Assembly: GCA_020697715.1 (NCBI GenBank)
Contig: JAEHCO010000010.1
Span: 1 to 26,164, forward strand
Direction: 5' to 3'
Origin: Methanobacteriota archaeon
Lineage (GTDB): Archaea > Thermoplasmatota > Thermoplasmata > SG8-5 > JAGLSY01
DNA: 26,164 nt
Numbering within the stretch: position 1 is the first letter of the stretch; every line of letters begins with the position of its first letter. The notes beneath the pieces were generated by a model that searched no databases, was not told where the DNA came from, and saw nothing but the letters and a program-made list of their open reading frames with translations. Positions 18,570 to 26,164 of this stretch are shown piece by piece. A program made the translations under genes and the position numbers.

Positions 18570-19229
18570 ATGGTAAAAATAGCTGAAATTCCTAAATGGA
18601 TGTATATTGTGATTATTGCAATAATAGTGATTGGAATCATAAGTTTATATCCTGAATATTCTAATGATAACGAACAGGATGATGATGATCGTAGTATGCA
18701 TTATTATGGTGTAGAAATATCTTTAGAATATTCAGACAGTCCTATATACATTAATGACCTTAGTTTAAATGATTCAAATCTAAATAATCTAACAAATGAA
18801 ACATTTTCATTAATTATAGAAGTGGAATTGCCATCTGGCAATCAATCAGTAGTGTATCCATTTATGATAGTCCAATCAAATAATACTTGTGAAATAGTGC
18901 AAAATTATTCTATAAGATATGAGAATTATTCTTATTGGACAGATATGGTATTTTACAGCACAAATAGAACAGATGAAATATACAATTTTACGATTAGATG
19001 GGATATAAATTCTACAGACGCCCATATACAAAATCTATCGTTATTAGGCACATATAATGAGATTAAAGGATCCTTCTTTGTGGAATCCTCACCCTATTCA
19101 TCTAATGCTTCTGTTGATAATAAATATCTGGATATTTGCAATGTTGTAAATGAAAGATGGTACTCGGATATAATATTACCATTCAACATTAACATTCATA
19201 TTGAGCCATTTTTAGGAGGATCTAGTTGA
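18570..19229 (+). CDS. Membrane-anchored Asn-rich surface protein; array gene 2
   Basis: N-terminal TM helix, many N-x-S/T sequons; GGTGGAG RBS before ATG 18570. Confidence 0.8.
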   Translation: MVKIAEIPKWMYIVIIAIIVIGIISLYPEYSNDNEQDDDDRSMHYYGVEISLEYSDSPIYINDLSLNDSNLNNLTNETFSLIIEVELPSGNQSVVYPFMIVQSNNTCEIVQNYSIRYENYSYWTDMVFYSTNRTDEIYNFTIRWDINSTDAHIQNLSLLGTYNEIKGSFFVESSPYSSNASVDNKYLDICNVVNERWYSDIILPFNINIHIEPFLGGSS

Positions 19230-19234
19230 ATTAA

Positions 19235-19570
19235 CCGCTCCGAGCAGGGGGGATTTCCGCAGGAAATTGGGCCAGCACAGGAGCGGAAGGGTGGGCGTTT
19301 AGGTAAGCCAGACTAGTAGGGGGCATGACGTAGCGCGCCTGGAGCGAGTTTAATTCACATTCGACGCGAGCGACCCGTAGATGCCCCGCCCGAAGTTTTC
19401 CGACAGAGCAGTGACGCTTACAGCCAGGAAAACGAGGGTTGGGACGAGCACAGCGAGCCCAATCCTGAGCAACGCAAGGACGGGGTTACATAATGGAAAC
19501 GATTTTAAGTAACGTTTCCTATTCACTTAGGCAAGCGTAGTCATGCCCCCGTTAAGAAGTCTGGCTACCT
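19235..19570 (+). repeat. Structured intergenic repeat R1 (one core)
   Basis: CCGCTCC..GGAGCGG hairpin; long-range arms AGGTAAGCCAGACT..GGGGGCATGAC / GTCATGCCCCC..AGTCTGGCTACCT. Confidence 0.95.
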
Positions 19571-19594
19571 TACAAAAATGGTGGAAGAGAGAAA

Positions 19595-19933
19595 ATGGAT
19601 AAATCCTATAAAATTGCTTTCATAATTTACGTGATAATAGCATTGAGTATAATTTCAGCTGGCCTATATGCATATTTTTATTCAATAGAGGATCAAATTC
19701 AAGAGGTGGAAGAAGCGGCTCAAGAAGCTGGGCTTGGTTCAGCTTACACCAGTATTGATGGTCATCCCTTCAGAAACGTTGGAATTTTCTATATTACAAT
19801 GGGAGTATTCATGCTTATTATTGGAGTGATTAGTTATAAGAAAAAGAAGAGTGAAATATTCAAACCAGTCCGCTCCGAGCAGAAGGGTGAGCGAAGCGAG
19901 GGGTCAGCGGAGGAGCGGAAGGGTGGGAGTTAG
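19595..19933 (+). CDS. Two-TM membrane protein whose C-terminus reads into R2; array gene 3
   Basis: GGTGGAAG RBS; two hydrophobic helices; stop TAG lies inside the repeat. Confidence 0.8.
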   Translation: MDKSYKIAFIIYVIIALSIISAGLYAYFYSIEDQIQEVEEAAQEAGLGSAYTSIDGHPFRNVGIFYITMGVFMLIIGVISYKKKKSEIFKPVRSEQKGERSEGSAEERKGGS

Positions 19934-20507
19934 GTAAGCCAGACTAAAACGGGGCATGACAGCGCAGACTTCAGCGACGAGTTAGACGAGGAGAAAAGGA
20001 TGCCTCGCTCGAAGGAGCTGGCACATCGTAGATGGACAGATCCTGAAGAGTTGGGACGACCGAAGACGAGCTTGCTCGTCGAGGCACGGACAAATTGCGT
20101 AGCAATTAGTCCAGTGGCGCAGCGAGCCCAATCCCGAGCCACGCAGGGACGGGGAGGGTGCAACGAAAGTCATATAAGTGAGACTTTCGATTCACTTGGG
20201 CAAGGAGAAAAGCCAGACTACTGGCTATATCTCTACAATGGCTTTTTGACGCAGACCGGAGCGGGTACAATTTACATTCATTAATTATTCAAAACAATTG
20301 ACGCAAGCGACCCGTGATGCCTCGCTCGTAGATTTTCGTCCTTTCAGTGACGCCAGTAACCAGAAAATCAAGAGTTGGCACGAGCAAAGCGAGGCCAATC
20401 CTGAGCAACGCAAGGGCGAGGAGCAATAATGCGAATGCTTTTTAAGTACCATTCGCTATTCACTTAGGCAAGCGTAGTTATGCCCCCGTTAAGAAGTCTG
20501 GCTACCT
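19870..20507 (+). repeat. Structured intergenic repeat R2 (two cores, linker, 61-nt insert)
   Basis: Cores at 19999-20204 and 20316-20472. Confidence 0.95.
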
Positions 20508-20529
20508 AACAAAAATCGGTGGAAGAGAA

Positions 20530-21170
20530 GTGAAATATAATATTCTGAATCGGAGGAGTTATTTATCAACGGATCTAACGGATTAAATGAATCAAATGCA
20601 CACAATTCATCTGTCACAGATGAGAAGCCAATCAGTAGTTACAATAATAGCTCGAAACCTTCTCCTTCGATTATCGGCTCTTTCCTTTTTATATTAGGAT
20701 GTATAAGTGTGACTTTTTTATTATTATATTGCATTCTCATATCTGAGCGAAGCAATACTGTATATGAAGATTTAACTCTAATTTTCTTAGCTACAGGAAT
20801 TTTGCTAATAGGATTATATTTATTGGCAAAGACACCTCATGTGATTATATCATATATTTCAGTGTCATTAATGTGCTTTCTTTGGATTAATACCGTTATA
20901 GTTGGTATAATGTCTACAATGATTGGGACGTCTTACGGAATTATATCTGCACAAATTGAAGGCATGGCATACATTTTAATCACACTTCTAGCCATATTAA
21001 GTTCAAAATTAGCTTTTCAGCGAAGACAAACACATTGGATTATTATCGCAGGCGTATCAACTATTATTCTTGGGTTTATTATGCTGTTCTTCAGTGCGAT
21101 TTTCGTTATACTGGCTGTTATTTGTGTAGTTCTTCTTGCGGTATCGCAAAACCAATCAGAAATGGGATGA
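20530..21170 (+). CDS. Multi-pass membrane protein with an apparent 5' frameshift; array gene 4
   Basis: RBS GGTGGAAG then GTG 20530; the long frame is open from 20541 to 21170 but out of frame with that GTG; ORF track starts at 20709. Confidence 0.65.
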
Positions 21171-21188
21171 TTTGCGAATATAGCCAGT

Positions 21189-21804
21189 CCGCTCCGAGCA
21201 GAAGGGTGAGCGAAGCGAGGGGTCAGCGCAGGAGCGGAAGGGTGGGAGTTAGGTAAGCCAGACTAGTAGGGGGCATGACGTAGCGCGGCCTCAGCCGAGT
21301 TTATATTATTAGCAATGATTATTCAGATCCAGTGACGCAAGGCGTCCGTAGATGCCTCGCCGAAGAAATCTGTCCTATATTTGACGGCCAGTCAAGATTT
21401 CGCACGGTTGGGACGAGCACAGCGAGCCCAATCCCGAGCAACGCAGGGACGGGGTTACAAAACGAAAGTCATATAAGTGAGACTTTCGATTCACTTGGGC
21501 AAGGAGAAAAGCCAGACTACTGGCTGTATCTCTACAATGGCTTTTTGACGCAGACCGGAGCGTGTACAATCTCTCTACATTTTATCAGTATAAGATTTGA
21601 CGCAAGCGACACCGTGATGCCTCGCTCGTAGATTTCCGACAGAGCAGTGACGAGAGTAGCCAGGAAATCAAGAGTTGGGACGAGCGCCAGCGAGCCCAAT
21701 CCTGAGCAACGCAAGGGCGAGGAGCACTAATGCGAATGTATTTTAACTAACATTCGCTATTCACTTAGGCAAGCGTAGTCATGCCCCCCAGAAAAGTCTG
21801 GCTA
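21189..21804 (+). repeat. Structured intergenic repeat R3 (two cores and linker)
   Basis: Cores at 21351-21503 and 21616-21773; linker nearly identical to that of R2 apart from its AT-rich variable segment. Confidence 0.95.
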
Positions 21805-21831
21805 ACGTAAAATGGGAAGAGGTTAGAAGTA

Positions 21832-22353
21832 ATGGCACACCTTATAAAAACTCCAAAATCGGCATATTATGAAGATGATAAATATGAATCAAATATAATA
21901 TTAAATTTGTTACTAGTTAATGGTTTGGCTTGCTTTATTCCATATATATTTTGTTATTTTTACAACTTATATTTAATAACTGAACTTAGAAATACGATAT
22001 TTGATAATTTTCGACAAGAATCTTTCGCTATTCCAGATACCTCCTCAATTACTACTCAAATTGAACTCAACCAAATCATTATGATCATTACTGGATTGAT
22101 CTATTTTGTAATTGTAATCATGAGTGTGATATTAATAGTTAAAGATGCAAAAACATTACATGTTGGTGCAGCTTATTCTGGAGAAAGATTTTTTAGGCCA
22201 TTAACTTGGGAAATACATAGTTGGGGCATATTAACATTTTTCTTTTGGTGGTTCATTTTTCCTCTTTATGTATATCGCAGAAAAGAGATTTATGAAGTTA
22301 ATAAAGTAGCCTTTGATGCATATACACCAGCTCCGCTCCGAGCAGAAGGGTGA
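21832..22353 (+). CDS. Three-TM membrane protein ending inside R4; array gene 5
   Basis: Hydrophobic helices, FPLYVYRR tail, GAGG upstream; stop TGA lies inside the repeat. Confidence 0.8.
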   Translation: MAHLIKTPKSAYYEDDKYESNIILNLLLVNGLACFIPYIFCYFYNLYLITELRNTIFDNFRQESFAIPDTSSITTQIELNQIIMIITGLIYFVIVIMSVILIVKDAKTLHVGAAYSGERFFRPLTWEIHSWGILTFFFWWFIFPLYVYRRKEIYEVNKVAFDAYTPAPLRAEG

Positions 22354-22644
22354 GCGAAGCGAGGGGTCAGCGGAGGAGCGGAAGGGCGGGAGTTTAGGTA
22401 AGCCAGACTAGTAGGGGGCATGACAGCGCAGACTTCAGCGACGAGTTAGACGAGGAGTAAAAGGATGCCTCGCTCGAAGGAGCTGGCACATCGTAGATGG
22501 ACAGATCCTGAAGAGTTGGGACGAGCAAAGCGAGCCCAATCCCGAGCCACGCAGGGACGGGGAGGGTGCAACGAAAGTCATATAAGTGAGACTTTCGATT
22601 CATTTAGGCAAGCGTAGTCATACCCTCAAAAAAGTCTGGCTACT
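22333..22644 (+). repeat. Structured intergenic repeat R4 (one core)
   Basis: Nearly identical to the first half of R2 without the insert, followed by the right arm. Confidence 0.95.
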
Positions 22645-22667
22645 CCCAAATAATAGAGGTGGAAGAG

Positions 22668-22916
22668 ATGAAAACTCAGCTTAAATATCTAGGAGCCATT
22701 ATGGTCATTATAGGACTGATAATAGCATCTGGAGGTTTATATGAGGGGAGTTCTGTTAGGTTTAATACCACGATCTCGGAAGCAATGCCTACGATACTAA
22801 CTGGCATTGCCCTTTTTGTAGTTGGCTCAATGATGTGGTTATTCATTCAGGAGAGTGGAAAGAAGATGACTGAATCCGAGAAGAACTGGCTATCAGATGA
22901 AGAGGATAAGGAATAA
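22668..22916 (+). CDS. Small two-TM membrane protein; array gene 6
   Basis: GAGGTGGAAG RBS before ATG 22668; two TM helices. Confidence 0.8.
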   Translation: MKTQLKYLGAIMVIIGLIIASGGLYEGSSVRFNTTISEAMPTILTGIALFVVGSMMWLFIQESGKKMTESEKNWLSDEEDKE

Positions 22917-22956
22917 GCCCCTCTTAACAAGGGGGATCTCCATAAACAGGATATAC

Positions 22957-23457
22957 CTATGTTATCGTGATATCCTGATCCTTCTTCATGTCAAAGCCTG
23001 GCATGTCCAGACGAGCCTTGATCTCGAATTTTAATCTTGAATCTGTGTGTGTGGTCCCACCAGCGATGGCCCTCATCACGGCAACTCCGGCTTGAGCTCC
23101 CTCGCTCATCTCATTTGTCGTGGTTGTCTGCTGGGATCCAAGGATGTCCATGGGTATCATGATATTGAAATCATACGAGCCCTCTTTGTATTCCTTCTCT
23201 CCGTCCAATGGCATCTTGAACTTATGCACGGTCGTGTATTTTGTCTGGGTGCCTGATTTGTGATTGGAACCCCCACCAACAGCACCCGATGATGTGCGGA
23301 ACTTGTCTATCCTCGTGCCGATGAATTCGACGAACAGTTCCTTTCCCTCGGTTGGCTTCTTCAGCTTGATATTGACCTTGCCAGTGATCTCATCTCCTGG
23401 CTTGAAATTGTATTTATCTAATTGCAGTTCCATTGTTCCTTTTGAAAATAACCCCAT
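22957..23457 (-). CDS. Arrestin-N/Spo0M-like beta-sandwich protein
   Basis: LDK..FKPGDEITGKV.I.L, Y.F...IP and IKARLDMPG pattern. Confidence 0.65.
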   Translation of the reverse strand: MGLFSKGTMELQLDKYNFKPGDEITGKVNIKLKKPTEGKELFVEFIGTRIDKFRTSSGAVGGGSNHKSGTQTKYTTVHKFKMPLDGEKEYKEGSYDFNIMIPMDILGSQQTTTTNEMSEGAQAGVAVMRAIAGGTTHTDSRLKFEIKARLDMPGFDMKKDQDITIT

Positions 23458-23589
23458 GTTCTCTACCTCATCTCATGATAAGCATGTTGATTTATAAAAA
23501 TCTATCTTTGCTAGGGATGAGGGGCATAACACAAACCCTTTTATCGAAGGTTTGCGCTGTTACTTCAACAAGCAGAGGAGCATGGAATA

Positions 23590-23796
23590 ATGGCTAAGTT
23601 CTCAAAGCTCGGTTGTATCGCGAATATCTTGTTCGGCGCAAGCTTGATCATCCTGGGGCTGTATTCTATCTGGAGTGGTGCCGATGTTTACTCCGTAGGA
23701 TATCCCGATTATTATTACAGAGGCTATCTCTACTTGTTCATGGGTTTATGCCTTGTTATTGTCGGTGGCTTTTTCTCTTGCAGGGAAAGTAATTGA
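23590..23796 (+). CDS. Small two-TM membrane protein
   Basis: Two hydrophobic helices; GAGGAG upstream. Confidence 0.6.
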   Translation: MAKFSKLGCIANILFGASLIILGLYSIWSGADVYSVGYPDYYYRGYLYLFMGLCLVIVGGFFSCRESN

Positions 23797-23898
23797 GCAT
23801 GGCCATGGCTGCTGACCATGGCCTTTGGGCTACCCAGAGGACTTCCCACAATAACCTTAAATACGTTAATTTTAATTATTATATATGAGGTGGAAAAT

Positions 23899-24081
23899 AT
23901 GAGATACAAAGTACATTGCATCGATGTGAACGAGAAGAATATCGAGAAACAACTGGAACAATACCTGAACCTGCTTAAGGGAGAGGTTGTGGCAGTATTG
24001 CCTAATATCAATCCAAAATTCCATTTGATGGGTGCTACAGGCACGGTTGACTCACTTCTCATTGTTGAGAAATTGAGATAA
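23899..24081 (+). CDS. Small hypothetical protein
   Basis: GAGGTGG RBS before ATG 23899 (MRYKVH...LLIVEKLR). Confidence 0.7.
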   Translation: MRYKVHCIDVNEKNIEKQLEQYLNLLKGEVVAVLPNINPKFHLMGATGTVDSLLIVEKLR

Positions 24082-24160
24082 GTAAAGACCTTCAGATGTA
24101 CTTGACCACAATGATAATAAGCGCAAAGTGAGATGGCATAGGAGATTGAAGGGGCGGAAG

Positions 24161-24499
24161 ATGAAAAGATCGTCAGAGATACTGGTAAGCATATTCTTCG
24201 TGGTAATAGGTGGCTTCTTCTTCCTATATCCCGGGGTCTGGGCGATCATAAATCACCCGGATAATGTCATGAGTTATTTTTGGATCTGCGGCTGCCTGCC
24301 TTTCTTCATAATGGCTCGTGAAATATACACCAGCAATTACAAGCTCTCAAGGAAGGAATTACGGGAAAGAGCATCACGCTACCCAAACCTTACTTGTGAT
24401 AATTGTGGCCAAACTGCCTCCCTCCTTCCTGCGACACGCGGGAATGCGCACATGAAGAAGGTGAAGTATGATGACAAATGCCCTTATTGCAGAAAATAA
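24161..24499 (+). CDS. Two-TM protein with a C-terminal zinc ribbon
   Basis: CDNC...CPYC; start trimmed to ATG 24161. Confidence 0.65.
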   Translation: MKRSSEILVSIFFVVIGGFFFLYPGVWAIINHPDNVMSYFWICGCLPFFIMAREIYTSNYKLSRKELRERASRYPNLTCDNCGQTASLLPATRGNAHMKKVKYDDKCPYCRK

Positions 24500-24541
24500 T
24501 ATGAAGTTCACCAAAGAGATTTATAACACAATGTACATCAA

Positions 24542-25222
24542 TTGGTCATGGAAGAAAATATGTTCGTCTTTATGATCGTAATGTTGACGATCATGCCAAT
24601 AGTGCTCATCATTGCTTTTGGGTTCTGGTGGGCGAAAAAACGGCGCGAGGCGATCCAGAGGGTCGCTTCAGAACTCTTATTCTCCTATGATGCAAGGCCC
24701 ATTCCAGATCCACATCTTGACCATCCAGACATGAAACTTTTCAATGTCGGTCACAGCCGGAGAAGCAGTAATCTTATGAGGGGAATATTCCAGGGTATCG
24801 ATCTGGTGGTATTTGACTACCATTATGCAGTTGGAGGTGGAAAGCATACCTCCCATTACACGCAAACTGTTGTAATCGCCCGCATTCCAGATCTCGATAT
24901 GCCGTATTTCACACTGGGTCCTGAATCCTTCTTCCACAAGATAGGTGACTGGTTCGGAAAGAAGGACATTGATTTTCCATTCAATAAAGAATTCTCGGAC
25001 AGGTATCTGCTGAAAGGAGATGATGAGATAAGGATCGGCATGGTATTCAAAACACATATACTGGATCACTTCGAGAACCGACCTGAGAAAGATAAGATCA
25101 ATATCGAGGCAAAGGGAGAAAGAATAATAGTGTTCAGATCTGGAAGGACAGTGAAGTCGGATGACCTGAAGGAACACATTATCAATACCACTTCTTTGGT
25201 GAAGATACTATCTGATTCGTGA
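24542..25222 (+). CDS. Membrane-anchored hypothetical protein
   Basis: N-terminal TM helix then KKRRE; FDYHY..G, DIDF....FS..YLL.G motifs; start may be ATG 24548. Confidence 0.8.
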   Translation: MVMEENMFVFMIVMLTIMPIVLIIAFGFWWAKKRREAIQRVASELLFSYDARPIPDPHLDHPDMKLFNVGHSRRSSNLMRGIFQGIDLVVFDYHYAVGGGKHTSHYTQTVVIARIPDLDMPYFTLGPESFFHKIGDWFGKKDIDFPFNKEFSDRYLLKGDDEIRIGMVFKTHILDHFENRPEKDKINIEAKGERIIVFRSGRTVKSDDLKEHIINTTSLVKILSDS

Positions 25223-25276
25223 TCTTGGCATCCCATAATAATTTCATAGTACTAGCCTCAGCTCATTTTCAGAATA

Positions 25277-25364
25277 CGAATGATTTTATGTAACGTTTAC
25301 TATTCACTAAGGCAAGCGACAAACAACAAAATTGTCTGCCCGCTAGTAGGAAGAGAGGTGGAAG
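25277..25364 (+). repeat. Degenerate 3' remnant of the array repeat plus RBS
   Basis: CGAATGATTTTATGTAACGTTTACTATTCACTAAGGCAAGCG matches the R1/R3 core ends; GAGGTGGAAG as in R4. Confidence 0.8.
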
Positions 25365-25366
25365 AA

Positions 25367-26164
25367 ATGAAAATAATTCGCTATATGACAGTAATAATTG
25401 TAATACTATTATGTATGTCTAGCCAGCAATTGATATCTGAAGCATCGGGAGATGAATATAATATCGTATTTCAATCTTTATCCACTTTCGTCTTTGAAGG
25501 AATAATGTCAATAGATGGAAGTAATGCAATTTCAATTAGAGAAGCAATAGATCAAATGGGGAATGATAATGGGGTGGTCGATAGTGATGAAGTTAGTGAA
25601 TTGGAAAAAATTGCTGAAGAATCCATTAATTCAGGGAGCTCAGAGGTTATAGAGATCACCTTAAATGGAGTGGCATGCGATATTTCAAATGGCGATTATT
25701 ACATTGAAGGCGCCTTAGGGCCAGTTAACAATCCAGACAAAATTGAATTTGTCATAGAATTCATATATGAATGCCCCAAGATAAACTTGGAATTAGATCA
25801 CTATGAATTCACAATTTTGAATTATCCCAGAGCAAGTCTTGACTATGATGATATGTTCAATATGGAAACAGAGACATATAACATCATTATACCATCACAA
25901 TATACAATTACTTCAACAAATGGATTAGACATCATCACACAATCTGGCAGAGTTCTAACCGCAGAATATGCCGGAGGAGATATTGTTGTTGAATATGAAG
26001 TAGATTTCGATGAGGATGGGGTCAGAGATTCAAGAGATGCATTTCCAGAAGATGGATCCGAATGGGAAGATTCTGATGATGATGGAGTTGGAGATAATTC
26101 TGATGAATTCCCTGAAGATGATACTGAATGGGAAGATTCTGATGATGATGGAGTTGGAGATAAT
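25367..26164 (+). CDS. Secreted acidic protein with thrombospondin type 3-like Ca-binding repeats (truncated by window edge)
   Basis: Not in the ORF track; MKIIRYMTVIIVILLC signal; DFDEDGVRDSRDAFP, DSDDDGVGDNSDEFP, DSDDDGVGDN repeats. Confidence 0.85.
   Translation, partial: MKIIRYMTVIIVILLCMSSQQLISEASGDEYNIVFQSLSTFVFEGIMSIDGSNAISIREAIDQMGNDNGVVDSDEVSELEKIAEESINSGSSEVIEITLNGVACDISNGDYYIEGALGPVNNPDKIEFVIEFIYECPKINLELDHYEFTILNYPRASLDYDDMFNMETETYNIIIPSQYTITSTNGLDIITQSGRVLTAEYAGGDIVVEYEVDFDEDGVRDSRDAFPEDGSEWEDSDDDGVGDNSDEFPEDDTEWEDSDDDGVGDN

Noticed and set aside
20000-21631. Paralogous small ORFs 20000-20284 and 21332-21631 (and minus-strand ORFs over the repeats)
   Set aside because: Their similarity comes from the repeat itself; frames are not preserved among copies and variation follows base pairing, not codons.
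18225-22644. Canonical integron attC sites (GTTAGGY and ACCTAAC are present)
   Set aside because: The order is inverted relative to attC (GTTRRRY is 5' and RYYYAAC is 3' within the element), the elements are far longer and multi-branched, and no intI is in the window. A distant relationship is not excluded.
18225-22644. CRISPR array
   Set aside because: No short identical repeats with regular spacers and no cas genes.
1445-26164. Diversity-generating retroelement or provirus
   Set aside because: No reverse transcriptase, no TR/VR pair with adenine-specific differences, and no capsid, terminase or integrase genes seen.

Overview
Archaeal chromosomal window, most likely from a Thermoplasmatota-like lineage (inferred from the archaeal PriS, an archaeosortase, GGTGG/GGAGG ribosome-binding sites and a 'GWNL' C-terminal surface-protein domain). 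Bases 1-16.3 kb are mostly core or envelope genes: prs, a 1265-aa beta-helix surface protein, an archaeosortase with a RING-like tail, flippase, glycosyltransferase, wHTH protein, Rab-like GTPase, priS, glyA, a His-rich metal transporter and msrA/msrB. An accessory region follows. It begins with a stand-alone IS200-type HUH transposase and a tRNA that has a serine-type body but a GAA (Phe) anticodon. The main finding is at 17.3-22.9 kb: six co-oriented, AT-rich, unrelated genes (one HEPN-like, five membrane/surface proteins), separated by five 310-640 bp GC-rich modular repeats. These repeats have nested stems with many compensatory base changes, DNA-type cGNAg triloops, a candidate promoter, and a downstream RBS. 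They are neither CRISPR repeats nor canonical attC sites. I infer a possible gene-capture or gene-shuffling system that uses folded ssDNA sites; the enzyme is unproven.
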